Shown here: positions 10,668-19,422 of the stretch, in pieces
Position numbering within the stretch: position 1 is the stretch's first letter
How the letters are laid out: every line of letters begins with the position of its first letter
NCBI GenBank assembly: GCA_963801625.1
Contig: CAWDFQ010000007.1
Location: 130,145-194,144, forward strand
Reading direction: 5' to 3'
Length of the DNA: 64,000 bases
Source of the DNA: an uncultured delta proteobacterium
GTDB lineage: Bacteria; Myxococcota_A; UBA9160; PR03
Position numbers and translations under genes: made by a program
The notes under the pieces: model-generated
What the model saw: only the letters and a program-made list of their open reading frames with translations
The model's database searches: none
Told to the model about the DNA's origin: nothing

Positions 10668-12607
10668 GTCGAGTAGCCCGGGGCAGTTGCCCACCCCGGG
10701 CCCTCTCCAGATCCGGACAAGGAGATTTCCACCATCCGGCTCCTCCGTCGAGACGGCTCAGTGGTCATGAACCCCAGATCTGGACCGTGATCCGCGGCCG
10801 CGGGAGCGGCAATGCGCGGAGCAGATCCGCGAATCGCTCCCAGTTGAGACGCGTGCGCTGGCTCCGGCGGCTCAGCCACTTGTACCAGGTCCGTTTCGCC
10901 GCTCATGACGAGCTGCAGACTTCGGCGATGTTGCCGTTCACGCCGAAGTAGTTGAAGTGCCCCTGATGCGCCTCCCGAGCGCGGCGTGCTGCTCCTTGAC
11001 CGGCTCATGTCGATGGCGCCGACACCAGTCGTTGACGGATTGGATCACCCGTCGCAGGCTCGCATTCCGTGTCTTGCAGTCATCCCCCAGTCCCTTCCGG
11101 GTCCGCGACCAGAACAGCGTGAAGCCGAGAAAGTCGAAGGTCGCTTGACCTTTCCGCCCCGTCGCCGCCGTGGCGGACGCCGGAACGGCACCAGGCGGGT
11201 CTTCTCGGGGTGCAGCCGCAGACCGTATCGCCATCCGCTGGTGGAGCACCTCCATCACCGCTTCGCGTCGTCTTGCGTCGCTCGAAGCCGATCACGAAGT
11301 CGTCGGCATAGCGAAACAGGTGCCTTGCCCGCAGCCGAGGCCTCACTCCCGCTCGAACCAACGTCGAGCACGTGGTGCAGGTAGATGTTGCCCAGCATCG
11401 GCGAAAGCACCGACCCCTGGGCCGTACCCGTCTCCGCGTGGACGCTCCTCACCGTCCAGCACGCCCACGTGCAGGCACTTGCCGATGAGTCGCAAGAGCG
11501 ACCCATCGTCCACCCGATCCTGGAGCATCTCCTTCAGCTTCTTGCGGTCGATGCTGTCGAAGAAGGACTCGATGTCTGCCTCCAGCATCCAGTTCACCTC
11601 GCCTCGATGCACGATCCGGTTCAGGGCCCGCAGCGCATCGTGCGCACTGCGTCCGGGCCGGAAGCCGTACGAGCAGTCCAGAAAGACCGGCTCGTACAGC
11701 GCCTCCAGCACCTCGCGCAGCGCGTCCTGCACGATTTTGTCCTCGAACGTCGAGATGCCTATCGGCCGCGTCTTCCCAGCTGCCTTCGGGATGTGCACCC
11801 GCCGGATGGGTTGGTGGCGATATCGCATCGCCTTCATCCGCGTGTGCAGGCCCCGGAGGTTGTCGCTCCAGGCCCTGCCCGTACTGCTCCTTGGTGACGC
11901 CATCGACGCCCACCGCCGCATCCTTGCGGATGCGGTCGTAGGCTCGTCTCAGGGCAGGCTCATCGATCAGAGGTGCCAGCGAGTGGAACCGTGCTTCGGG
12001 CTCGCTTTTCGCTCCTCCACTACCTCCAGCAGTTCCGGTGACATGCTTGCCGACGTCGCTGCGTCGCACATGGTTCCCTCCTGAAGTTCATCTCGACACG
12101 GGCCGCCTTTGCTCGACCGGGTCCGGGTGCCTACCCGTTCCCCGACTTCATCGCTCGTATGCGGCCCTCCGACGTCTCGCCCCCGTCGACCGCGGCTTCG
12201 GTTTCCCTTGCTCTCGGCCTACCTCGGTGCGGCGCTTGTTCTTGCTCGGCCGCGCGTGCACCCTGACGCGCGGCGCGTCGGGGATTGATCACCGGCTCTC
12301 CCGTCTGCCGGCTGTGTCGAGGAGAGGCGAGGCTCTCCCAGGTTACTGGGCCGTCCTCTTCGTGCGTGCCGTGGTCCGCACACCCCGCCGGGTGCGCCGT
12401 TCCTTGCTCTGCCCTCTTCGCGAGACTGCGACGCTCCGTCGCCTTCAGGACTCAGAATCCTCGGACACCCGGAATACCATATGTTTCGAGGCTGAGCTCA
12501 CACGGCTCACACGCTCGCGTACCTACGCATCGCCGGTGACCGTTGCCGGCCGCGCAAGGCTCGCTACCGGCCGGGCGGGCTCGCCCTTCGCCGGGCGGGT
12601 TTCGCAC
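10668..12607 (-). mobile_element. degenerate bacterial group II intron (5' boundary uncertain)
   Basis: On the minus strand a domain V-like hairpin GAGCCGGAU..GUCCGGAUC lies at 10710-10742. It is followed by a domain VI helix GGCCCGGGG/CCCCGGGCU with a bulged A, and an ..GAC end at ~10668. A GUGCG candidate 5' end sits at 12607, giving a length of ~1.94 kb. The element encloses an RT/maturase ORF. Confidence 0.7.
10765..12071 (-). pseudogene. group II intron reverse transcriptase/maturase, at least 4 frameshifts
   Basis: Blocks in different minus frames: KDAAVGVDGVTKEQY; RRVHIPKAAGKTRPIGISTFEDKIVQDALREVLEALYEPVFLDCSYGFRPGRSAHDAL; TGTAQGSVLSPMLGNIYLHHVLD; FRYADDFVIGF (YADD); FDFLGFTLFWSRTRKG; GHFNYFGVNGN; end ...ITVQIWGS*. 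Confidence 0.85.
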
Positions 12608-13053
12608 CCGCTGGACGACCGACGAAGTTTCATGAAGCTATCGCAGTCCTCCATTCCTCTTCGACCAGCAGGGCCTGGTCGCGCTCTTTGTCCTACCCGT
12701 CCGCCGTAGAAGCGCCGTCCGGCAGCGGCCAGGCTCGGCGAATCGATCGTGTAGGAGGTGTACGTGCGCGAGCTGCCGAGCGCGTCGAGCCAGCGCCGCA
12801 CGAACCATGGCCCGCCGTTGGCCGTGCGGTGAAGACACAGAGTCGTGTATTACTCGCGGGAATTCGTCCCGTCCGCGAGCTCCGCGTTAGTCCGCCCGTT
12901 GCTTCGAGCCGCCCGGATCTCCGGGACTGGCAACCGGCCGGCACCGACGCTGCGCCCCCTGTTGCATCTCCCGGGAGCCACCGTGCGGCTTCCCGGCGTC
13001 AACTCAGATATCTGTAGTTTGCCTGGAGGTGTGTTGCTCGAAGACGGGCCTGG

Positions 13054-13951
13054 TCAGCGACTGCGGCCGTGGTCCCGCTCGTGCTCGACATCCTCGAACG
13101 CCAAGGTGAGCGTGCGCCGCTCGCGGCTCTCCTGCTCCGCGGTGGCCTCGGCCCGCGCGCGAACGGAGTGGCCCCGGTCGAGGTCTCGGCGATCCGTCGG
13201 GACTGCGGTCAACTCCTGCCCGGTGTCGAGCACGACGTAGCTCTTGCCGTCGTCCTCGACGGCGTGGCCGACGACGGGGCCTTGATAGGCACGGCCGGGC
13301 TCGGCCTTGCCCGCACCACTGTCCTTGCCGTGGACGCGCTCCAACTCGCGCAGGGTCGGCGGGACGCGATCGTCTCGGATCATCCTTCCCTCGACCATCC
13401 GCTCGGCTCCTTTCTCGACTTCGAAGGTCCTCTCGGATCCTGTATCGCGGCTTCGACGCAGGAGGTCCTCCCGGTCGAGCACAGGTGCGCGCGCGCGGAT
13501 TGCGGCGCGCCACTGGCGGAAGAAGCCGCGGCGGTCGGGGGCCGGAGAGGGAAGGGCGCCGGGCTCTCGCACGGATCGAGGGGCACTCGCGGTCGAGCGA
13601 CGGTGGAGGCGGTCTCCGCACGCTTCAAGTCGCGTAGCGGCCCGTGCTCGAGGATCTCGGTTCGCATTTGCGCGCTCCGGTGCGCGTGGTCGCATCGCCG
13701 CGAAGCGTCACGATGGAGCCCGGCCGGAGGCGACCCTCACCCCGGGCCGCGACGATCTCCGGCGTCTGCGGGATCAGATGGCGACGGCCATCCGTGCCCT
13801 CGACGATCAGCAGCGGCTCGTCGCGCGACTCGTCGATCCCGCCTCCGGTCACGCGACCCGTGACCTCCACGCCCGCCAACATACGCGTCAGCACCAAAGG
13901 CGCGTCCCGATCGGACACCAAAGTGCGCGAGCTCGCGAGGCTCTTCTGCAC
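13054..13951 (-). pseudogene. DUF3363-type (relaxase/mobilisation-associated) protein fragment, frameshifted, N-terminal relaxase part absent
   Basis: PLLIVEGTDGRRHLIPQTPEIVAARGEGRLRPGSIVTLR (ORF 13625..13951) and GHAVEDDGKSYVVLDTGQELTAVPTDRRDLDRGHSVRARAEA (ORF 13054..13695) resemble the repeated 'EGxDGRxHY' units of DUF3363 proteins encoded next to conjugative relaxases. Confidence 0.5.
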
Positions 13952-13989
13952 GTCGCCGGCGATCTGGTCTGTACGACGACATCATCTTG

Positions 13990-14180
13990 CAGGGTATGGG
14001 ACTACCCGTTGGCGTACGCTGGCGGACGATCGACCGCCGAGAGATGCGCGCGCCAAATCGCTTGGCGGATTCATCGTCGTCCCTGGCCGCGGAGCCAAGA
14101 CGTGGAGCCGGATCACGAATGCTTGCGCGCCGGCGCTGTGTCTCCGCTGCGCCCGCTCGCGCTTGCTCCGTCGGTGAGGG
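13990..14180 (+). pseudogene. tyrosine recombinase (phage-integrase family) internal fragment A
   Basis: ~140 nt (14030-14170) is paralogous, at roughly 70-75 % identity by eye, to 15155-15290, which continues into an integrase C-terminus. It reads ..RWRTIDRREMRA.. / ..FIVVPGRGAKTWSRI.. / ..ECLRAGAVSPL.. in shifting frames. Confidence 0.35.
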
Positions 14181-14347
14181 GCGAGCTTCCGCGTTTCAGC
14201 ATGTCATTCGAGCTCGGGTTGGCGGTCGCATTGCCTCGAGAGACGAAGAAGCACCGGGTCATCTGGCTCGGAGCGGATCTCGATCGCCGCCATATGGATC
14301 GACATCGGCTCAGCGAAGCCGATCCGAGCCTATGCGCTTCTCGGCAC

Positions 14348-14364
14348 TGACAGCTATGCTGTCA
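14348..14364 (+). promoter_or_regulatory. perfect 17-bp palindrome TGACAGC-TAT-GCTGTCA upstream of vapB (candidate VapB operator overlapping a TATGCT -10-like hexamer)
   Basis: Seen directly. It lies 17 nt upstream of the vapB ATG, with a GGAGG RBS at 14371-14375. It is identical in copy 2 (44103-44119) although the flanking bases differ. Confidence 0.6.
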
Positions 14365-14380
14365 TGCTCTGGAGGTTCCC

Positions 14381-14653
14381 ATGGCCAACGACGCCCGCAT
14401 GACCGTGCGCCTCGATCTCGCTACGCGGCGCAAGGTCGAACGCCTCGCCGCTCGCGAAGGGATCTCCCTGAACGAGGCGTTGAACCGGCTCCTCCAGCGC
14501 GCTGCGGACGAGGGTGAGCGCCCGGCGCGACGCCCGCGCTACCGACTCAAGCCGCGCAAGGTGGGATTCGGCTTCGACATCGCCCGGGCGCGAAGCCTCG
14601 CGGGTGAGATGAGCGACGAGCAGACGCTCAGCAAGCTGAAGCGCGGCCGGTGA
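14381..14653 (+). CDS. vapB: ribbon-helix-helix (CopG/Arc-like) antitoxin of a type II TA pair
   Basis: Intact 90-aa ORF. RMTVRLDLATRRKVERLAAREGISLNEALNRLL is a typical RHH. The stop overlaps the PIN gene start (ATGA-type 4-nt overlap). Confidence 0.85.
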   Translation: MANDARMTVRLDLATRRKVERLAAREGISLNEALNRLLQRAADEGERPARRPRYRLKPRKVGFGFDIARARSLAGEMSDEQTLSKLKRGR

Positions 14654-15081
14654 AGATCGCCGACGTCCAGATCCTCTTCTACGCCATCGACCCGACCTCC
14701 GACCGGCACAACTCTGCGGCCCGTTGGCTCGAGGACGCGATCAACGACCGCGAGCCGCTCGGCCTCACCTGGCCCACGATTCATCAATTCCTGCGGCTCG
14801 GGACCAATCCCGCATTCCCGGGCTGCATGACCGATGACGAGGCGATGGCGTGGGTGCAGGACTGGATCGAGGCAGGTGTCGAGGTCATCGGTGACGCTGA
14901 TCTGCGCTGGGACCTCTTCGCAGAACTCGTCCGATCGTCACGTCGCTCGCTGCGCCGCGCGATCGACGATGCGTACCTCGCCGCGGTGGCCATCTCGCGC
15001 GGCGCCACCCTCGTATCGTTCGACGCGGACTTCGAGCCCTTCGTCCGTCACGGGCTGCGCTGGGAGAAGCCTGGCAGCTGA
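14650..15081 (+). CDS. vapC: PIN-domain ribonuclease toxin
   Basis: Intact 143-aa ORF. The N-terminal acidic residue is in KIADVQILFYA. Later acidic residues are in RAIDDAYLAAVA and VSFDADF. Gene order and overlap are typical of vapBC. Confidence 0.85.
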   Translation: MKIADVQILFYAIDPTSDRHNSAARWLEDAINDREPLGLTWPTIHQFLRLGTNPAFPGCMTDDEAMAWVQDWIEAGVEVIGDADLRWDLFAELVRSSRRSLRRAIDDAYLAAVAISRGATLVSFDADFEPFVRHGLRWEKPGS

Positions 15082-15120
15082 TCCAGCGAGGCTGCCGCGG
15101 CTGAGGCCTCGAGTCGGTGT

Positions 15121-15152
15121 GGCTCTACCAGCTTCCGGAAGCTGGTAGAGCC
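15121..15152. repeat. perfect 32-nt palindrome GGCTCTACCAGCTTCC|GGAAGCTGGTAGAGCC at the 3' edge of vapBC copy 1
   Basis: Verified base by base. The copy-2 counterpart (about 44876-44906) is degenerate. It abuts integrase fragment B. Confidence 0.9.
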
Positions 15153-15154
15153 CA

Positions 15155-15413
15155 TCGACCGCCAAGAGATGCGCGCGCGAATTCGCCGGGTGGTTTCTCG
15201 TCCCGCGCCGCGGATCCAACACAGGGAGCCCGAAGACGAGTGCTTGCGCGGCGGCGCTGCGTCTACTCTCCTTGCACCACCGTCGGCGAGTTCAGGAAGC
15301 CGTGGAAGGCGCTGCTCGAGGCGGCCAACATCGCGCACACCGATCCCTACGTGCTGCGGCACACGTTCGCGTCGGAGGCGGACATCGTGCAGCTGGCGTC
15401 AGTCCGTGCCTGA
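15155..15413 (+). pseudogene. tyrosine recombinase C-terminal fragment B (truncated before the catalytic Tyr)
   Basis: ORF 15117..15413 ends ...FRKPWKALLEAANIAHTDPYVLRHTFASEADIVQLASVRA*. The LRHTFAS box is the conserved His-box of phage-type integrases. The upstream part is frameshifted. Confidence 0.6.
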
Positions 15414-15633
15414 GTTCGGTTGCAAGCCAAGTTGTGTCGAACACCTGGATCGTGAACATGACCGGACTACCTCGACGACACCCGTGGCATCGCCGAGATA
15501 CCTGGGCGTGCGCGGCGGGTGGCGGACCATTTCGGAATGATCGTGGCTGCCATGAGCACCATGACACCCGAAAAGGGGGCGCGCGATCAGCCGGCGGTGC
15601 CGACGCCGAAAGCGAGCCGCTTGTCCCTGCGGA

Positions 15634-17049
15634 CTACCTGCGCCGCGGGTGCTCGCCGCGCGCGCGAGTCGGCGCTGTCTTGGCGCCGTCCGACGCGATC
15701 TTTGACGCGGCCTTGCCCGCTGCCAACAGTACCGGGTCCCAGACCGGCGAGAACGGTGGGGCATAGGAAAGGTCCATGCCGCCCACCGCCTCCACGGTCA
15801 TGTTGTTCCACAGCGCCGTGGCCAGCACGTCGATGCGTTTGCCCGCGCCCTCCCCGCCAACGATCTGCGCGCCGAGCAGCCGACCCGTCCGCCGGTCGGC
15901 CACGATCTTGATCCGCATCGGCTGCGCACCCGGGTAGTAGTGCGCCCGGCTCGATGCCTCGGTCGTCACGCCAACCGCGTCGAACCCGGCGGCCCCGGCC
16001 TCGCCTTCGGTGAGTCCGGTGCGAGCGATCTCCAGGTTTCGGAATTTGGTGATCGCCGTGCCGAGCACTCCGGCAAAGGTCGCGTTGCCGCCGGCGATGT
16101 TGGTGCCGGCCGCGCGACCCTGCTTGTTGGCGTGCGTGCCGAGGGCGACCACGACCGACCGCCCGGTGATGCGATGGTAGGACTCGACGCAGTCGCCGGC
16201 GGCCCAGACGTGCGGCGTACCGGTGCGCAGGTGGTCGTCGACGATGATGCCGCCGGCCTCGCCCACGCCGATGCCCGCGGCGCGAGCCAGGTTTACGTTG
16301 GGGCGCACCCCCAGCCCAATCACCACGAGGTCGGCTGCGATGGGACCCGCCGCAGTCTCCACGGTGGTGACTCGTCCGTCGAGGGCGGTGAATCCGGTGA
16401 CCGCGGTGCCCAGCCGCAGGTCGATCCCCGCGGTCTGCATTGCTTCCGCGAAATGGGCGGCCATGTCGGCGTCCAGCACGGCGCCCATTGGTGCGTCCAG
16501 CCGTTCAACCACCGTCACATCGAGGCCACGTCCGAGCAGCCCCTCCGCGACCTCCAGCCCGATGTAGCCGGCGCCAACTACCACGGCGCGCCGGGCGCCC
16601 GCACCGAGCAGTCGTTCCACGTCCGCCGCATCGGCGAGCGTCCGGAGCTGCAGCACCCCTTCCGCGTCGATGCCCGGCCACGGAGGGGCGATGCCCGACG
16701 CGCCGGTACCGATGAGCAGTTCGTCAAAGTGCTCAATGGAGTCGCTACCAGTTTCGAGGTCGCGCACCGTCACGGTCAACGCCTTGGCGTCAATGGCAGT
16801 AACCTCGTGGTGGATCCGAACGTCGATGCCGTTGGCCCGGTGCTGTTCCGGGGTCCGGACGATGAGAAGCTCCGGTGTATCGACGAGCCCCCCGACCAGG
16901 TAGGGGAGGCCGCAGGCGGCGTAGGAGGTACGGGACCCGCGCTCGAAGGCCACGATCTCGAGTTCGCCAGCGGATGTCATCCGCCGCGCCTGCGCTGCCG
17001 CGGACATCCCCGCGGCGTCACCACCGATGATCACCAGTCGTCGTGCCAT
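15634..17049 (-). CDS. CoA-disulfide reductase / NADH oxidase family FAD-dependent oxidoreductase
   Basis: Intact 471-aa ORF. MARRLVIIGGDAAGMSAAAQARR is the FAD fold. SYAACGLPY carries the single redox Cys. The second Rossmann fold is AVVVGAGYIGLEVAE. Confidence 0.85.
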   Translation of the reverse strand: MARRLVIIGGDAAGMSAAAQARRMTSAGELEIVAFERGSRTSYAACGLPYLVGGLVDTPELLIVRTPEQHRANGIDVRIHHEVTAIDAKALTVTVRDLETGSDSIEHFDELLIGTGASGIAPPWPGIDAEGVLQLRTLADAADVERLLGAGARRAVVVGAGYIGLEVAEGLLGRGLDVTVVERLDAPMGAVLDADMAAHFAEAMQTAGIDLRLGTAVTGFTALDGRVTTVETAAGPIAADLVVIGLGVRPNVNLARAAGIGVGEAGGIIVDDHLRTGTPHVWAAGDCVESYHRITGRSVVVALGTHANKQGRAAGTNIAGGNATFAGVLGTAITKFRNLEIARTGLTEGEAGAAGFDAVGVTTEASSRAHYYPGAQPMRIKIVADRRTGRLLGAQIVGGEGAGKRIDVLATALWNNMTVEAVGGMDLSYAPPFSPVWDPVLLAAGKAASKIASDGAKTAPTRARGEHPRRR

Positions 17050-17317
17050 CTCTGTCTCCCGTCGCCGCGACTATTTCGTCACCGCTCGGGACCTTGTCCC
17101 ATGGGATAAAGGGTGGATCGCTTCAGGCGGTCGGGCTGGCTCTCCGCACCGCAACTGGGCCAGCCGATGCGCTCCGTTTGATGTCGCTCGCGACAGGGCA
17201 TCGGGTTTCTCACGTTTCGCCTTGGTTCAATCGAACAGCGACCGCCACCTCATCGATAACCGAGGGAAGTCGATCATGGCGCCGCTATCGCGATTCAGGC
17301 GGCGACACACCGACTCC

Positions 17318-17589
17318 CTATTCCGTCGTCTTGCCGTCAAAGTGTTCAGTGTCCGCTTCCGCCTCGTCTCGGGTATGGTGGACTACGGCATCCCGATGAT
17401 TCGGCGGCGCATAGAGCGTGTAGAGCTTCAACGGAACATTGCCGGTGTTGATGATGTTGTGATTGGTCCCTGCCGGGACCAGCACCGCGAAGCCGGCACG
17501 GATCGCCGTACGAACGCCATTGAGAACCGCCTCCCCAGTCCCCTCCTCTTGATGGCGACACCCTCGATGTCTTGCACGAAGCCCTTCAT
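17318..17589 (-). pseudogene. small cupin-domain protein with internal deletion
   Basis: MKGFVQDIEGVAI (ATG at 17589) joins out of frame at ~17550 to EEGTGEAVLNGVRTAIRAGFAVLVPAGTNHNIINTGNVPLKLYTLYAPPNHRD...DGKTTE*. About 45 residues, including the first cupin motif, are missing. Confidence 0.7.
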
Positions 17590-17673
17590 GACGACTCTCC
17601 TTTCGTTCGTTAGCCGCGCGACTCCCGTTCGATTGCCCCAGTCGGGAGTCTCGTACTCCTCCTCTCGCGGGTT

Positions 17674-18330
17674 CTAAGCGCGTGCCTTCGCGAGTTTGTA
17701 GAAGAGCGTGCCGTCGTAGAACGACCGCATTCTGGCGACGCTCAAGGCAGGCACCGACTTGCCGCGCTCGACGGCCTTCGTGTCGGCTGCGAGCGCAAGC
17801 AACACCTGCCACTCAACCGTCGATACCAACGATCCAAGGAGCGTCTCACGGTTCGCGTTGATCATTTTGGTAAGCTCGGTTGCGGTGAACACCTTGTCGC
17901 CGTTCCGGTCGACCGTGGAGCACGCGCCGAACACCTTCTCGAAGCGCCTAACGTTGAATCGACCTCGCTTGTCCAGGATGCTGGTGTCGCTGTCGTGCTT
18001 GCCCTTCTGAATGTTCTCGATGTCGATGTTCAGCGCCAGCAACGAGCCTCGCGTCTGGATGCTCAAGGGCGCAACGATGGCGAGCGCGGCGACCTCTGCC
18101 ACTCCAAACGGGAGGCCAAGGGCCTTGAGCCCACGCGTGCACTCCGCAACGCCGACGCCGCGATCGCCATTGTCATCGAAGAAGGACGCGTGCCGCTGCA
18201 GGGTGGTGTCGCCAGGTCGGCTGCGCGCTTTCAACGTGCGAGGCAACGCGCGGGACTCCTGACCTTCCCATTTGCGAGGGGAAAGCGACGAATTGGGCGA
18301 CGACTTACGGACGGCTGTGGAATAGCTCAT
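17674..18330 (-). CDS. caleosin-family (EF-hand, putative haem peroxygenase) protein
   Basis: Intact 218-aa ORF. Blocks align with plant caleosin: LQRHASFFDDNGDRGVGVAECTRGLKALGL (conserved His plus EF-hand loop DxNxD....E), IENIQKGKHDSDTSILDKRGRF, and SVARMRSFYDGTLF. GC is lower than the surroundings. Confidence 0.8.
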   Translation of the reverse strand: MSYSTAVRKSSPNSSLSPRKWEGQESRALPRTLKARSRPGDTTLQRHASFFDDNGDRGVGVAECTRGLKALGLPFGVAEVAALAIVAPLSIQTRGSLLALNIDIENIQKGKHDSDTSILDKRGRFNVRRFEKVFGACSTVDRNGDKVFTATELTKMINANRETLLGSLVSTVEWQVLLALAADTKAVERGKSVPALSVARMRSFYDGTLFYKLAKARA

Positions 18331-18767
18331 GGTGGTTCGATTCCGAGTAGGGGTGAACGGGGATGGATAACTGGCGATAGTTCGTTGACACCCCCATGTA
18401 TGACACGAGCGGCGGTAACCGCCTTGTGGATGGCTGCACGCTCGATATGGTGGGCGTCAGCGCGCAGCGGGCACCTGCACCGGGGGTTGAACGAGGGGCC
18501 GTCTGGGGCCGTGTGGCCGTCGTCGATGCAGTCGAGTGCCGCCATTTGCACCCTGCCGCAAGGCAGGAGACGCAACCGTGAGTCACTTCTTGCGCTTCTG
18601 ACGCTTTGCCAACGTGAGGGTCGCGGGTTCAAATACCGTTTTTCGTATCTTCCTCCGCCGGTTCAGACTCGGCGAGGTCGAGCTTGCTTCGATCTCCCGC
18701 GCGGCGCTGATCTACGACACCGCCTGGCGTAGTCGCATGCGTCGCGCGACTCAATCAGCTGATAAGT

Positions 18768-19181
18768 TCACGCCTTCCCGCCGGCTCGCTTGCGCGCATC
18801 GCCACGGCGATCGAGCAGGACATAGCCGGGAAGGCCCATGGCGCGGAAGACGGGGCGCAGCGCCGCGGGCAGGCGCGCCTCGGCGGCACCGAAGGCGACG
18901 ATCCGCGGATTGTGCAAGGCGACGCGCCGGCCGCTCTGCTCGACCTCGCCGCCGTGCGCGGCGACGAGATTGCGCGCCCAGTCGACGTCGCGGCCGTAGG
19001 TCATCGGAATCACGAGGCCCTTCACCGAGGCGAAGGCGAGCACGGGTGTGCGGTAGCGCCGGCCGCTCGTGCGTCCGACGTGATGGACCACCGCCAGCGG
19101 CGGAACCCACCATGCGAAAGTCCGCATCAGCGGGTTCGTGACTGCCCGATTCACCCGGCGCAGGAAGCGAGGGAGGTGCAT
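18768..19181 (-). CDS. nitroreductase-family deazaflavin (F420)-dependent oxidoreductase (DDN-like)
   Basis: Intact 137-aa ORF. RRVNRAVTNPLMRTFAWWVPPLAVVHHVGRTSGRRYRTPV and GRDVDWARNLVAAHGGEV are typical of the DDN / PNPOx-like split-barrel family. Confidence 0.7.
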   Translation of the reverse strand: MHLPRFLRRVNRAVTNPLMRTFAWWVPPLAVVHHVGRTSGRRYRTPVLAFASVKGLVIPMTYGRDVDWARNLVAAHGGEVEQSGRRVALHNPRIVAFGAAEARLPAALRPVFRAMGLPGYVLLDRRGDARKRAGGKA

Positions 19182-19422
19182 ACGCCCATTCTACTCCCGT
19201 CAGCGGGACGGATCGCAAGTTTGTAGAGCCTCGCGCCATCCAGTCGCTGTCGAGGAAGCGCGCAACGATCGGTCGCGCGACCGCAGTTTCGAGCTTCTCG
19301 GCGAGCCCAGCTCGACGACCCGGACCTTCGCCGCGGCGAGAGCCTGGGGGCCCGCGCTAGAAGACGGGTGGGCGTTCTCCGAACGAAATGGGATCGTCTA
19401 CCGAGACGCGAACCGATTGCGG

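Larger units (their letters stand above)
14326..15163 (+). repeat. direct repeat copy 1 (vapBC module with flanks), paralogous to 44081-44916
   Basis: Colinear alignment by eye runs from gagcc..ctgacagctatgctgtcatgc through vapB and vapC to ..gcccatcgaccgcc. The offset to copy 2 is ~29,755 bp in the same orientation. Confidence 0.9.

Noticed and set aside
12796-12800. An alternative GUGCG-type 5' end for the group II intron at ~12800.
   Set aside because: It would give a 2.13-kb element, with ~730 nt before the IEP start. The 12607 candidate gives a more typical ~540 nt. Neither can be proven without EBS/IBS and covariance analysis, so the boundary is flagged as uncertain rather than reported twice.
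18331-18350. A GGTTCGATTCC T-loop-like motif directly upstream of the caleosin start codon.
   Set aside because: The flanking bases cannot form a T-stem, and no other tRNA elements are adjacent. It is most likely a chance match.
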